The notes: generated by a model not told the origin, from the sequence alone. A stretch of 55,895 bases of DNA from Sphingobacterium thalpophilum (GCA_945865415.1 CAMBFY010000001.1:1-55895), one strand, 5' to 3'. Numbered from the stretch's first letter, positions 29,848 through 40,898 are shown. Numbers and translations: made by a program.

Positions 29848-30245
29848 ATCTATGCTTTACTGTGTTTTAAATATAGGCAATTAAACGAATTATTTCTTAG
29901 AGACTATAGATTATCGAGAGAAAATATTCTGTATGATAATCAGGTATTCTTAAAACATAATCGTGATATATTCAATATAATAAATATTTGTATTGAATCA
30001 AAAACCAACAATTTAGCTTTCAAACCACATGTCCCAAATATTACTTTCAAATCTTTAACAAAATAATATTTTTCTTACAACGCTATGAAATTGGTTTTAC
30101 GTATATATTTTTGTAATACTTGTTAGGCTTTTTTCGTTTTACTCTGGCTTACTCGTTTTGATATAATTTAAAGATAATAAAATATCAATTGGGGATATAA
30201 GTCCATTTTTGTATTTTTATCGAATTAATACTCCAATTACATCGA

Positions 30246-31856
30246 ATGGTAATGAAACAAATCTCAATTTATTCCTTAGCAGCACTAATGCTTCTTGGAA
30301 TTTTATCATCTTGTTCTAAAAATAAGTCTGGCCAGTCTTCAAAAACCGGAATGGCTTATAATAGTAAATATAACGGTGGTTTTGAGGTTAACAACAAAGT
30401 TAAACCTGGCCCAGGCCCGGGCTTAATTGCGATTGAAGGGGGGACGTTTGTTATGGGCGGAAGTTTAAATCAGGATTTGGGATATGATTTTGATAATGTA
30501 AGACGTAGGGTAACTGTAGGGTCATTCTATATGGATGAAACTGAGGTATCAAATGTAGACTGGCTCGAATACCTTTATTGGATCAGGCGTAACTATCCAA
30601 ATGATTATGAATACTATTATAATGCCTTACCAGATACCCTGGTTTGGAGACAGCCCCTTTCCTATAACGAGCCGTATGTAAATAATTATCTGCGCCATCC
30701 TGCCTTTCAGGATTATCCTGTTGTTGGAGTAACTTGGGAGCAAGCCAATGCTTATTGTGATTGGCGTACAGACCGTGTGAATGAAGAAATATTAAGAAGT
30801 AAAGGTTATTTAGTGGACTATAAAACACTTGCTGGCGGAGCTGGCAAAGCAGGAACTGCTGCAACTGTTTCAACATCTACTGAACCTTTTAATACCGATA
30901 TTTACTTAAACGGACAATACCGTGGTGAAGGAATCGACGGAAAGAAGATGATAAAGGATTTGAATCCTAATGCAGTGGCTACCGGAACAACTCCCAATGC
31001 TAAAGGTGTTGTCAGACCAGTTCGTTTGGAAGACGGGGTATTAAAACAACCTTATCGTTTACCAACTGAGGCCGAGTGGGAATATGCAGCTTTAGCTTTA
31101 GCCGGAAACACTGAATACGAAAACATAGCAGACGGCAGGATATATCCCTGGAATGGCCTAGGTGTCAGATCACCTAAAATACGCACCCAAGGTATGATGT
31201 TAGCAAATTTTAAACGTGGAGAAGGTGATAATATGGGTACAGGTGGTTACCTTAATGACAAAGCAGATATCACTAATGCGGTTAGAAGTTACGTTCCCAA
31301 TGATTTCGGCTTGTACAACATGGCTGGTAATGTGAATGAATGGACAGCAGATGTTTACAGAAAATTAAGTTTTGAGGATTTTAATGATTTTAATCCATTC
31401 AGGGGAAATGATTTCGTAAATAAAAGATTGTCAGATAGAGATAAAGGTACCTATGCAAAGGACAAATATGGCCGTCCTATAAAAGACCCTGCAAAGTCAG
31501 GCAAAAAACAAAAGTGGTCTGAATTACAAAATGATGCGGCGGCTATTGATTCATCAGGAATTGCAGGCAAACCTTATAATCCAGATTTTCGTGGTCACCT
31601 TGATACAGTGGTAAACAATCTTTATGGAATCACAACACTCATAAATGATCGTTCAAGGGTCTACAAAGGCGGCTCCTGGAATGATAGAGCATACTGGCTA
31701 AATCCTGCAACAAGAAGATTTATGCAACAGGACGAAACAAGTGCAGAAATGGGTTTTCGCTCAGCCATGACTTTAGTTGGTGCACCTGAAATTATAAGTA
31801 AGGGAAAGCCACAATTTAAACCCTCAAAATCAATAACGCAGAGCAAATCAAAGTAA
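30246..31856 (+). CDS. gldJ: Gliding motility lipoprotein GldJ (FGE-sulfatase fold)
   Basis: Lipobox LSSC, SSKTGMAYN, FYMDETEV, LPDTLVW, YLRHPAF..YPVVGV, RLPTEAEWEYA, RVYKGGSW; divergent from porV. Confidence 0.88.
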   Translation: MVMKQISIYSLAALMLLGILSSCSKNKSGQSSKTGMAYNSKYNGGFEVNNKVKPGPGPGLIAIEGGTFVMGGSLNQDLGYDFDNVRRRVTVGSFYMDETEVSNVDWLEYLYWIRRNYPNDYEYYYNALPDTLVWRQPLSYNEPYVNNYLRHPAFQDYPVVGVTWEQANAYCDWRTDRVNEEILRSKGYLVDYKTLAGGAGKAGTAATVSTSTEPFNTDIYLNGQYRGEGIDGKKMIKDLNPNAVATGTTPNAKGVVRPVRLEDGVLKQPYRLPTEAEWEYAALALAGNTEYENIADGRIYPWNGLGVRSPKIRTQGMMLANFKRGEGDNMGTGGYLNDKADITNAVRSYVPNDFGLYNMAGNVNEWTADVYRKLSFEDFNDFNPFRGNDFVNKRLSDRDKGTYAKDKYGRPIKDPAKSGKKQKWSELQNDAAAIDSSGIAGKPYNPDFRGHLDTVVNNLYGITTLINDRSRVYKGGSWNDRAYWLNPATRRFMQQDETSAEMGFRSAMTLVGAPEIISKGKPQFKPSKSITQSKSK

Positions 31857-31866
31857 AGCAGAAAGC

Positions 31867-31915
31867 TAAAAAGTAAAAGCCCTGAATGTTAATCATTCAG
31901 GGCTTTTACTTTTTA
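31867..31915. terminator. Bidirectional intrinsic terminator after gldJ
   Basis: TAAAAAGTAAAAGCCCTGAATG-TTAAT-CATTCAGGGCTTTTACTTTTTA perfect inverted repeat. Confidence 0.85.
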
Positions 31916-32181
31916 TATATGAAATTATTAATCCCATGATTAACAATCTGGATTTTTTTCTTTAATTATCGAGAACTTGACATAATTTTTTAAAAAACCC
32001 ATACCTGACAGCCGGTAGGCAGGGAAAAATAGCATTTTATAACCTTAACAACATTTTAGACACAGATATAGCCTTGAAGCTTCGCTTTAATCTATGTTTC
32101 CTTTAAAGCACTATAAAACCCATTCTATTTGGTTAAATCTCAATATTTAGATAGTTTAATCGAATTCATGTTATTCAGGAT

Positions 32182-34431
32182 TTAGAAATCAAATGTAAGA
32201 CTGGTCCAAAGACTTCTCCCAACAGAATTTATTCCGCTACCATGTGTTCGATAATCCACATTAAAAAGATTTTGAGCACTTAAACGTAATTGTAAATTCT
32301 TATGGGAGTATCCTGAATAAAAATTTAATACCTTCCAACCGGGTGTTCCACCTGAAGGAATCCTGTTATCATCTCTATCTCCCTGAGCAAGTCGATTTTG
32401 TTTATCGGCCCATCCCAGCTCTCCTTTAATATAAAATCTGTTAAATTTATATCTCATTGAAACATTACCATTGAAGGGCGGGACTCTTCTGAGTGGTTCT
32501 CCTCTAGAGATGTTTCTTCCATGATTAAATGAAGCGAATAAGTCGAAGAACCACTTCTGTGAAACCTGAAACTCAGCAAACCCTTCTACCCCTCTAATTA
32601 CAGCATCTTCAGTATTTTCTTTCATATAAACTTTATACCCATCAATAATTTGTCCGGTTTGAACCCTGGTAATCAGATCACTAAGTTTGTTTTGATATAT
32701 GGCTGTACCAAAACTAATATGCTCAGAAAAATATTTGTATCCCATTTCTGAATTATAACTCTTTTCAGGCTTAAGGGCATAGGCAGGTATCTCATATCTG
32801 AAATCTACGATACCCAAAGTCCCCATATCATCGATATTAGGAGCACGGTAACCAGTATTAAAGGAAGTATAAATATGATGCTTCCCAACGGAATAATTAA
32901 GACCTGAGTTCCATACAAATGCACCAGGATTTATTTTCAACTGTCCAAGATCCTTATCCACAATACTTGTCTGTAACCAATTGTACCTTAATCCACCTTC
33001 AAGATTAAAATTCCCAAGAGAGATGTGATGGAGTGAATAAAACGAGGTATTAGAATAAAATGAATTATTGGGGTATAAACCTCTTTGGGAAGTAACCACT
33101 CTGCTTTGTAAATTTGTCGAATTCCTTATACTATTTACCTTATCTCTATAATATTCCAAACCACTGTTTACCGTCCACCTGTTGCTCAAATCCGAGAAAA
33201 GTTCAATACCCAAATTGGACGTGTGGATCTTATCCCTTTCCAAACCAACAGACTGACTAGAATTTCTTTGACTATTTCGTTCTTCTACAGTTGAATTCAT
33301 GGAAGCTGTAAAATCTATCCTTCTGAAAATTGATGACTCCTGATCAATACTGTACTTTAGGTAGCTTAAATTTCTTCCCTGCAAACCCATTTTATTAATG
33401 TTAAAGTTCTCAAGTTTTACTTTATGATAAACATCAACATCCTTTTGTTGTACAAACTGATTGGCTATAATAAGTTCAGAATTATCTGAAACCCTTAGTT
33501 TAAATTTCAGACTTGCATCAGCCTGAGAATATCCAGAAGGTGTTTGCCTTCCCGTAGTATCACCACCTACCAAATCTCCAAAATTCTTTATTCCCAAAAT
33601 TCCTGAAAGTACCATTCTATTTGTGGAATAGGATAATTCTGTACTGCCCGATTGTTCCATATTTCCACTACCAAACCTACCTGAAACGCTTCCTTTGAAG
33701 GACTTTTGAGAAGAATATGAAGGATCTTTTGTAAAAATCTGTATAACCCCACCCATAGCATCAGAACCATATTGAACAGAACCGCTTCCCCGAATAACTT
33801 CAATTTTATTGACTGAAAAAGGATCAATTGTGTTCAAATACTGATTCGGGCCATATCTGAAGGTTGAGTTGTTTAACCTGATTCCATCAATTAGAATTAA
33901 TGTTTGATTTCCGGTCAGGCCACGTATAAAAGGAGAACCACCCCCATGATTCGTTTTCTGTACAAACACTCCCGGGATAATATTTAATGATTCAGGAACC
34001 GTACGAGGAATATTCTCAGACTGGGTAGGTAGGTTTAATACGCTGGAGGCAAAAGGTAATCGAAGAGAGGAAGTATTCCGTCTTGAAGCAGATAAAATCT
34101 GTACCTCTGGGAGAGAGCCCGCCTGAGAGGTGAGAAATATTTCAAGGTTTATATCCTCATCCTCAAGAATCAAGTTTGCTTGATAGGTCTCATAGCCAAG
34201 GTAACTTACTTTTATGGTGTATTTCCCAGGCCGATTATTTTCAAAACTAAAGATTCCTTCCTCATTTGTAGCTAAACTTTTTGAAGTTACTCCTTCGAGT
34301 TTAATGCTAACTCCTGTCAGCGAACTATTTGTATTTTTTATAAATACTCTTCCTTGAATACTCTGTCCTGAAAGACTTCCTGAAAGAAAAAGTAAAGACA
34401 GAAGAATTAGAATTCTTGACATAATCAACAA
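32182..34431 (-). CDS. TonB-dependent receptor with N-terminal carboxypeptidase-regulatory-like domain
   Basis: GGGSPFIRG, IDGIRLNN, IEVIRGSGSVQYGSDAMGGVI plug motifs; terminal Phe. Confidence 0.93.
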   Translation of the reverse strand: MLIMSRILILLSLLFLSGSLSGQSIQGRVFIKNTNSSLTGVSIKLEGVTSKSLATNEEGIFSFENNRPGKYTIKVSYLGYETYQANLILEDEDINLEIFLTSQAGSLPEVQILSASRRNTSSLRLPFASSVLNLPTQSENIPRTVPESLNIIPGVFVQKTNHGGGSPFIRGLTGNQTLILIDGIRLNNSTFRYGPNQYLNTIDPFSVNKIEVIRGSGSVQYGSDAMGGVIQIFTKDPSYSSQKSFKGSVSGRFGSGNMEQSGSTELSYSTNRMVLSGILGIKNFGDLVGGDTTGRQTPSGYSQADASLKFKLRVSDNSELIIANQFVQQKDVDVYHKVKLENFNINKMGLQGRNLSYLKYSIDQESSIFRRIDFTASMNSTVEERNSQRNSSQSVGLERDKIHTSNLGIELFSDLSNRWTVNSGLEYYRDKVNSIRNSTNLQSRVVTSQRGLYPNNSFYSNTSFYSLHHISLGNFNLEGGLRYNWLQTSIVDKDLGQLKINPGAFVWNSGLNYSVGKHHIYTSFNTGYRAPNIDDMGTLGIVDFRYEIPAYALKPEKSYNSEMGYKYFSEHISFGTAIYQNKLSDLITRVQTGQIIDGYKVYMKENTEDAVIRGVEGFAEFQVSQKWFFDLFASFNHGRNISRGEPLRRVPPFNGNVSMRYKFNRFYIKGELGWADKQNRLAQGDRDDNRIPSGGTPGWKVLNFYSGYSHKNLQLRLSAQNLFNVDYRTHGSGINSVGRSLWTSLTFDF

Positions 34432-34469
34432 ACTTAGACCTAAAAAATGATTTGATAGCCCGGAAATAA

Positions 34470-36935
34470 TTAATCCTCAGAATTTTTCTTTTGCTCAAGT
34501 TTCAGAAAAGCACTTCTACGGGGGGCAGGCATTATTGAATCTTCGCCCTTAACGGATTTCCAAACCACCTCGTTCAAATCCAAATCTGGTGCAGCATCTT
34601 CCCTTGCAAAATTCCATTCCTGTGATCGTTCTGCGCTTTTATTCCGTGCAATATTTAGTTGTTCCAAATCTACATTGGAGGGTTTTAACTTATACGGACG
34701 GTAATCAGGTATTGAAGTAAAGCATTCAGAAAATGGAACAGCAGCAGCATCATACTGACTCATTGGAGGTAAGCCTAATATCAACTCTATTGTCCTGAGC
34801 ATTCCGGACGTTGAATACATCGTACTATTTACTGAATTTCGTTTGGTGTAAGGACTGATTGCAAAAGCAGGGGAGCGGTGTGCATCAACATGATCCGGGC
34901 CATTTTGTGCATCGTCTTCCAAAACAAATATGACTGATTCCTTCCAAATACTGCTATTTGAAATATGTTCTACAAGCATTCCTAATGCGAGATCATTATC
35001 TGCCACCTGAGCCGTAGGTGTTAATTTTCCTATTCTTTGTCCGCTAGTATGATCATTGCCTATTCGGATTGTATTAAATTGTGCTACTGAATTTATTGCC
35101 AGCAAGGAGTCGAAATCTGATTTAAAGGCCTTAATTCTATCAATATCCTTAATATCAAGATTATAAGGTTGAAATTTCGGGGCGATTTTACCTACAAGTG
35201 ATTCTGTTGTTGGGCCATACTTAGTTACGAATTGTCCGTAACTGCGATAGCTAACACCTGCACGCTTGCAATAATCCCAAATAAAACCGTCCCTGGGATA
35301 GGCGATTTTACGGCTGCCTTCATAATCATAGGTACCACCCTTGTTACCATAACTGGTAGGCCAGGATTTCTCTATGTAATCGTTTGCATAAGCTGCCATG
35401 CTCCAATTATGTCCATCAGCACTAACCTCTGCATCAACATAAAAATTATCAAGCAATACAAACTCCCTTGCTAATGCATGGTGGTTAGGTGTTACTTTTT
35501 CAGGAAACAGACAAAGATTAGGGTCTCCATTACCTTCTTTTATATCTCCGAAAACCTGATCATACGTCCGGTTCTCCTTAATCACATAAAAGACATATTT
35601 AATTGGTGATTTACCACCCTGAACATTGGGTATCGGATTATCTTTTAGGCCTTTAGAAAGAGTTTCAGTTTGCTTGTTATATGGGGTATTGGCATATACT
35701 TGCTTTGAATAAGATTCCAGCTTTAAATCATCTGGCTGATCGATAATCGAAAGTGTTCCTTTAAAAAGTGATCCGATATACTGCACTTCTTTTTGCTCAG
35801 TAATTCCACTATGAAGTCCGCTATTATCAGTCTTTTTAAAAGGTTGAGGCCCGTTAGGATTGGCCATCGAACTAAATCCCTTTCCATTAGAAACAAAAAT
35901 CTTTTTCCCGGCTACACGGACATTTGTTGGATACCAGCCTGTAGGAATAAAACCCTTTGAACTGCTTTTTCCCGGTTTCGAAACATTAAAGACAGCAAGA
36001 CAATTATTATCAGCATTAGCTACATAAAGGGTTTTTTCATCCTCAGAAAGCGCTAAACCATTTGTAGTTGAACCCGTGAGTCTGGTTGGGTAAAGGGCAG
36101 TAGAAATAATCTCAATTACCTTTCCCGACTGGGTGTCAATAACAGAAACTGAATTATCATTTGCATTGGCTACGAACAGATATTTTCCACTCCTGTTTTG
36201 AATAATTTCATTTGGATGGTTCTCAGTTAAAATCTCCGAAATCACCCGATTTGTTTTTGTATCATAAACAGCAAGTTTATCTGATCCCCAAAGTGAGATG
36301 TACAGTTTACTTTTGTCTGGAGATAAGATACAATCATATGCTTCTGCACCAAGATCTATTTTGTTTAATAGTTTTTTTGTCTGAAGATTAAAAACGTAAA
36401 GCGAATTATTCTCCTTGGTAACAGCGTATAATCTCTGAGCGGCATCATCAACTTCTAAGCCTGTAGGACCAATTTTTTCGGCCGGCCATGGCTTTCCAAG
36501 TACGATGGTGTCCGCAGCAAAGAGTTTTTTATTTACAATTGGGTAAATCAGTATAATATTATCATTTGCTCCTGAAGCATATAACTTTTTTTCATCATCA
36601 CTGAACTTGAGTCCGTACCATGCCTTTCCAATTGACTGTTCATGTAATATTTTTTCACCCTGAGGATCAATCAATTGAATACTGTGTTTGCTTTGTCCAT
36701 TATTGGTTATCGCCATTAATCTTTGGGAAGGGGATATCTGAACATTAAGCGGCAAATCACCCAATTGTAAGGAACGACCAGCCGGACTTAAAGACCAGCC
36801 ATTAGGCAGAAGCACTTTTGAAGGATTTTTGCTGTTGGGAACTGACTGGCTTATCCCAATTTGAGATAAAAACACCAAGCAGATAACTAATAAAATAGGA
36901 AGAAATATCTCGGAAATTTTTTTTGTAACAACCAT
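34470..36935 (-). CDS. Bifunctional YncE-like beta-propeller / alkaline phosphatase-superfamily phosphoesterase (probable start ATG 36935)
   Basis: Propeller repeats (VANANDNSVSVID), IKENRTYDQ, SADGHNW, NDHT, EDDAQNGPDHVDAHR. Confidence 0.88.
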   Translation of the reverse strand: MVVTKKISEIFLPILLVICLVFLSQIGISQSVPNSKNPSKVLLPNGWSLSPAGRSLQLGDLPLNVQISPSQRLMAITNNGQSKHSIQLIDPQGEKILHEQSIGKAWYGLKFSDDEKKLYASGANDNIILIYPIVNKKLFAADTIVLGKPWPAEKIGPTGLEVDDAAQRLYAVTKENNSLYVFNLQTKKLLNKIDLGAEAYDCILSPDKSKLYISLWGSDKLAVYDTKTNRVISEILTENHPNEIIQNRSGKYLFVANANDNSVSVIDTQSGKVIEIISTALYPTRLTGSTTNGLALSEDEKTLYVANADNNCLAVFNVSKPGKSSSKGFIPTGWYPTNVRVAGKKIFVSNGKGFSSMANPNGPQPFKKTDNSGLHSGITEQKEVQYIGSLFKGTLSIIDQPDDLKLESYSKQVYANTPYNKQTETLSKGLKDNPIPNVQGGKSPIKYVFYVIKENRTYDQVFGDIKEGNGDPNLCLFPEKVTPNHHALAREFVLLDNFYVDAEVSADGHNWSMAAYANDYIEKSWPTSYGNKGGTYDYEGSRKIAYPRDGFIWDYCKRAGVSYRSYGQFVTKYGPTTESLVGKIAPKFQPYNLDIKDIDRIKAFKSDFDSLLAINSVAQFNTIRIGNDHTSGQRIGKLTPTAQVADNDLALGMLVEHISNSSIWKESVIFVLEDDAQNGPDHVDAHRSPAFAISPYTKRNSVNSTMYSTSGMLRTIELILGLPPMSQYDAAAVPFSECFTSIPDYRPYKLKPSNVDLEQLNIARNKSAERSQEWNFAREDAAPDLDLNEVVWKSVKGEDSIMPAPRRSAFLKLEQKKNSED

Positions 36936-36972
36936 AGCGAGAGTATATTTTATTCTTTTAAAAAACAAGAAA

Positions 36973-37028
36973 TTGTTAAAACTTTGTTACACAAATGAAC
37001 CCAGTTAATGTGAACAACACATTAACTG
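36973..37028 (-). promoter_or_regulatory. Putative operator region: 11-bp-spaced direct repeat plus perfect inverted repeat
   Basis: TTGTTA at 36973 and 36984; CAGTTAATGTG-N5-CACATTAACTG at 37002-37028. Confidence 0.4.
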
Positions 37029-37171
37029 AATGTCACCATAAAAAAAGGTTAGTAACAATAAAGATTGTTCCCTGATGTATACCGAAAATAATAACCTCAA
37101 TTCAGTTAATCAGAACTATCCAAGATCCCGAACCCGAACCCTCAGAGCATTTAAAACTTACTACTTCTAAC

Positions 37172-37855
37172 TTAACTGTCCCAAGTCATCATTTTTCCGC
37201 GATCCTCGGCCTTAAGACATTCTGAGAGTGTTTTTTCATCATATTCAAGACCATATTGTTTCAATACCTCATCTGGAACACCATCCCATGCATTAGGTTG
37301 ATTTCCTTTGTATTGAATATCATTGATGCCCTCTTTACTTGTAAAAAACCCTGTAGCTGTCAGGTTACGCATAGTATTAAAAAAACTAACTCCTGCAGCG
37401 TTCTCAGGCGCTGCTTTCTGAGGAAATGCAATCATTTCCACAAGTTCTATCTGCTGTTCCTTGGAGGCATCGGTAAATGATTTTTTGAAAAGTCTTAGCG
37501 ACTTAACATCCAGCCATTTCAAGCCACCTCTAAGTGGAATCTGATACCGAGGCTGATCTTTTACAATAAACTCTATAAATTCTGGAACTTTAGCATCACT
37601 TGCACTTCCTGACTTTTCGTCGCTAGGAATGATGATGTCACATAAAACTGTAATGGTACTCATCTCAGGTGCACTAAAGAACTTTTCAGCCATGAGTTTC
37701 TCATCAATCAGCTTTTCTTCAGCAGTGCGGCCGTAAACTCCGGTCTTCCCTGCGGCTGAAGACTCAGCCCCTTCCTTTTTATCACATGCTGTAATCAGGG
37801 TTCCGACACTTACTGTTCCAACAGCCAGTGCTTTGAGTGAATCTCTTCTATTCAT
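37172..37855 (-). CDS. Gluconate 2-dehydrogenase subunit 3 family protein (Tat lipoprotein)
   Basis: MNRRDSLK, LITAC, DIIIP, VPEFIEF, TATGFFTS. Confidence 0.88.
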   Translation of the reverse strand: MNRRDSLKALAVGTVSVGTLITACDKKEGAESSAAGKTGVYGRTAEEKLIDEKLMAEKFFSAPEMSTITVLCDIIIPSDEKSGSASDAKVPEFIEFIVKDQPRYQIPLRGGLKWLDVKSLRLFKKSFTDASKEQQIELVEMIAFPQKAAPENAAGVSFFNTMRNLTATGFFTSKEGINDIQYKGNQPNAWDGVPDEVLKQYGLEYDEKTLSECLKAEDRGKMMTWDS

Positions 37856-37859
37856 CTGA

Positions 37860-39599
37860 TTAAATATTTTGTTTTTTTAATTGATCAATTATATATTCCG
37901 AAGCCCGCAAGGAAAGTGCAAGAATTGTCCAGGTTGGATTTTTATCAGCCTGGGAAACAAATGCACCACCATCAACTACAAAAAGATTTTTTACGTCATG
38001 GGCTTGATTGTACTTATTTAATACAGACTTATTCTTGTCATCACCCATCCGAGTTGTTCCTACCTCGTGAATAATCCTTCCAGGCGATTCAAGTCCGTAT
38101 TTTTTATCCTCACCAGGTTTTACGCCGCTGGCAATACCACCCATTGAATCGATAATTTCTTCAAAAGTATCCTGCATATGTTTGGCCTGCTTAATCTCCT
38201 GATCAGTCCAGTTATAGTTAAATTTCAAAACAGGAATTCCATATTTATCGACCACATCCGGATCAATTTCGCAATAATTATCTATTCTTGGGATACTCTC
38301 TCCACGACCGGCGAAGCCAACAGTAGAACCATAATATCTTCGGTAATCATCCTTCAAAGATGCTCCATAGCCCCCTGCAGATTTCATTTTACCATCCTTT
38401 CCTGGATAGGCCCCATTCATTTTTTCAATTCCAAAACCAAAACCATAAGAAGGCATTCCCAAGCCACCCCAGAACTCAATATGGTATCCCCTGGCAAAAT
38501 CAAGTTTTTTATTATCGAGCCACCAAGGAATATACAGGTGAAGTCCTCCAACACCGTCTTCATTATACGTCTTCCTGTCCATTAACTGTGGGATAAATGC
38601 ACCTCGTGATGCGCCGGTAGAATCGTGCAAATATTTTCCGACCATTCCACTGGAATTTGCCAAACCGTTGGGATGGGCAGGCGATTTAGAGTTCAAAAGT
38701 AATCGCGCAGATTCACATGCACTCGCTGCAAGTACTACAACCTTCGCATTCACCTGATATTCCTGCATATCTGTCTTATCTATGTAGGATACGCCAGTCG
38801 CTTTACCTTCCCGGTCAGTTAATACTTCCCTTGCCATTGCATTAACATACACATCTGCATTACCCGTTTTTCTTGCTGGTTTTACCAGGCAGGTAGATGA
38901 TGAAAAATCAGCGTGCACTGTACATCCACGACTACATTGGTTACAAAAAAAACAGGACCCACGATCCTTATTTACGGGCCTTGTTAAAATAGAAAGCCTG
39001 GAAGGGATGACTGGAATTCCAATTTTATTAGCTGCCTTCTTTATCATAAGCTCATGAAGTCTTGGCTTTGGTGGCGGAAGAAAATAGCCATCAGGCTCAT
39101 TATAAATTCCCTCTTTAGTACCAAAAACTCCTATCATTTTATCAATGCGATCGTAATAAGGCTTGACGTCATCGTAACCAATTGGCCAATTATCTCCTAA
39201 TCCATCAAAATCACGACGTTTAAAATCTTTTGGCCCAAAACGCAAAGAAATCCTTCCCCAATGATTTGTTCTTCCGCCAAGCATACGTGATCTGAACCAA
39301 TCGAATTCAGTTCCATTCTTTTTAGTATATGGTTCACCATCTATTTCCCATCCGCCATAGGCGGCATCAAAGTCACCAAATGCACGATTTGTACCTGCTC
39401 CTCTGCGGGGTGACTCATATGGCCATTTAAGCTGGGTTTGCTGTTCAGGATTTGCAGGATCATAATCTGGACCTGCTTCGAGTAAAGCCACTTTTAGTCC
39501 GGCTTCAGTTAATACTTTTACCGCCATTCCACCACCAGCACCAGAACCTATGATACAAACATCATAAAGTTCACCTTTAGTTTTAATTTCTATTGCCAT
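37860..39599 (-). CDS. GMC family FAD oxidoreductase (glycoside 3-dehydrogenase-like)
   Basis: [26 protein letters not shown] Fe-S motif, HEVGT, NPTWT. Confidence 0.92.
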   Translation of the reverse strand: MAIEIKTKGELYDVCIIGSGAGGGMAVKVLTEAGLKVALLEAGPDYDPANPEQQTQLKWPYESPRRGAGTNRAFGDFDAAYGGWEIDGEPYTKKNGTEFDWFRSRMLGGRTNHWGRISLRFGPKDFKRRDFDGLGDNWPIGYDDVKPYYDRIDKMIGVFGTKEGIYNEPDGYFLPPPKPRLHELMIKKAANKIGIPVIPSRLSILTRPVNKDRGSCFFCNQCSRGCTVHADFSSSTCLVKPARKTGNADVYVNAMAREVLTDREGKATGVSYIDKTDMQEYQVNAKVVVLAASACESARLLLNSKSPAHPNGLANSSGMVGKYLHDSTGASRGAFIPQLMDRKTYNEDGVGGLHLYIPWWLDNKKLDFARGYHIEFWGGLGMPSYGFGFGIEKMNGAYPGKDGKMKSAGGYGASLKDDYRRYYGSTVGFAGRGESIPRIDNYCEIDPDVVDKYGIPVLKFNYNWTDQEIKQAKHMQDTFEEIIDSMGGIASGVKPGEDKKYGLESPGRIIHEVGTTRMGDDKNKSVLNKYNQAHDVKNLFVVDGGAFVSQADKNPTWTILALSLRASEYIIDQLKKQNI

Positions 39600-39722
39600 T
39601 AGTACTATTCTAATTAATTGAGCTCAAATATGTCTTGAAAATAAACAATATTTACTTGCAGGAAGAAATTTTATTCAATGAAAGGAATGATTTTTTAGGA
39701 AATTCTTCTAAAGCCTCAATAA

Positions 39723-40223
39723 CTATTCAAAGACCATGACAACCTGATTCTTTTCAACCTTATCACCGGCTTTAACCTTTACCGTTTTAATTTTTACATC
39801 GCTGACAGCCTTAATTATATTTTCCATCTTCATTGCTTCAAGAACAAACAAATTTCCACCCTTTTCTACCTGATTTCCCTCTGAAGCAAGAATCCTGAGC
39901 ACTAAACCAGGCATTGGCGCTTTGATTTCCGAAATTTTATTAGTCTTTATACTATCCATACCCAGCTGATGCAAAAGATCATCATATTGATCAGTTATTT
40001 GCATGAAATAAATATTTGTTCCAACCTTAACAGCGCAGGTTTTATCATCCCTGTTTATACTAACAAGCTCTGCATTGAATGATTTCCCCTCGTGAATAAT
40101 ATGAAAAGTGCGATTACCGATTCTGACTAAATCTGTATCAATTGCCCGGCCATTGACCGTTAAATCACCATTATCTGATTCGACCTCATAGTTGAATTTA
40201 CTATTTACCTTGATCTTGAGCAT
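39723..40223 (-). CDS. Biotin carboxyl carrier protein (biotin/lipoyl domain)
   Basis: APMPGLV...LEAMKMEN. Confidence 0.92.
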   Translation of the reverse strand: MLKIKVNSKFNYEVESDNGDLTVNGRAIDTDLVRIGNRTFHIIHEGKSFNAELVSINRDDKTCAVKVGTNIYFMQITDQYDDLLHQLGMDSIKTNKISEIKAPMPGLVLRILASEGNQVEKGGNLFVLEAMKMENIIKAVSDVKIKTVKVKAGDKVEKNQVVMVFE

Positions 40224-40226
40224 ATA

Positions 40227-40898
40227 TTATTGTGTTAATGCGTACTGAACTAAGTTTGAACCCATTTTTAGAGCATTTTGGCGGGAATCTTCAGAATCAC
40301 CTGCGTAAGTTCCCGCATCCTCCCAGCCATTACCAAGGTCGGATTCGAATGTGTAGTAACAAACTATTCTCCCTTTATAAATTAATGCGAGACCTTGTGG
40401 CCGCTTACCGTCATGCTCATGAATCTTTGGAAGTCCATTGGGGAATTTAAATTTTTGATTATACAGCAGGTGATCAGACGGTAATTCTACAAAATCCAGT
40501 TCTGGAAAAACTTTCTTCATTTGTGGACGTATAAATTGATCCAAACCATAATTATCATCAATATGCAAAAAGCCACCTCCCGTTAAATATTTACGAATAT
40601 TCAAGGCTTCCCCCTCAGAAAAAACGATGTTCCCATGTCCGGTAAGATAGATAAAGGGATAATTAAAGATATCTATACTACCGGCCTCAACTATTGCTTC
40701 TTCATCATCAAAATTAGTTGCTATATTTTTGTTACAAAAGCTAATCAGGTTTGGTAGTGCCGTACGGTTTGCATACCAATCCCCACCTCCATTGTATTTC
40801 ATTTTGGCTATCTTATAGGTCGGCGGACCAAAAGAGAGAGAAATTCCAAAAAAAAATAAAAGTAAAATTCTAAAGAAAACGTTCTTTAAATACTTCAT
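40227..40898 (-). CDS. DUF4159 domain protein
   Basis: YNGGGDWY, LTGHGN, GGFLHIDDNYG, PKIHEHD, SDLGNGWE. Confidence 0.9.
   Translation of the reverse strand: MKYLKNVFFRILLLFFFGISLSFGPPTYKIAKMKYNGGGDWYANRTALPNLISFCNKNIATNFDDEEAIVEAGSIDIFNYPFIYLTGHGNIVFSEGEALNIRKYLTGGGFLHIDDNYGLDQFIRPQMKKVFPELDFVELPSDHLLYNQKFKFPNGLPKIHEHDGKRPQGLALIYKGRIVCYYTFESDLGNGWEDAGTYAGDSEDSRQNALKMGSNLVQYALTQ

Noticed and set aside
30246-31856. Formylglycine-generating enzyme or DGR target (CLec fold)
   Set aside because: Lipobox, GldJ-type motifs and porV synteny fit GldJ; no reverse transcriptase or template repeat is in the window.
40340-40351. GGATTCGAA, resembling a reverse tRNA T-loop
   Set aside because: Inside the DUF4159 CDS with no cloverleaf around it.
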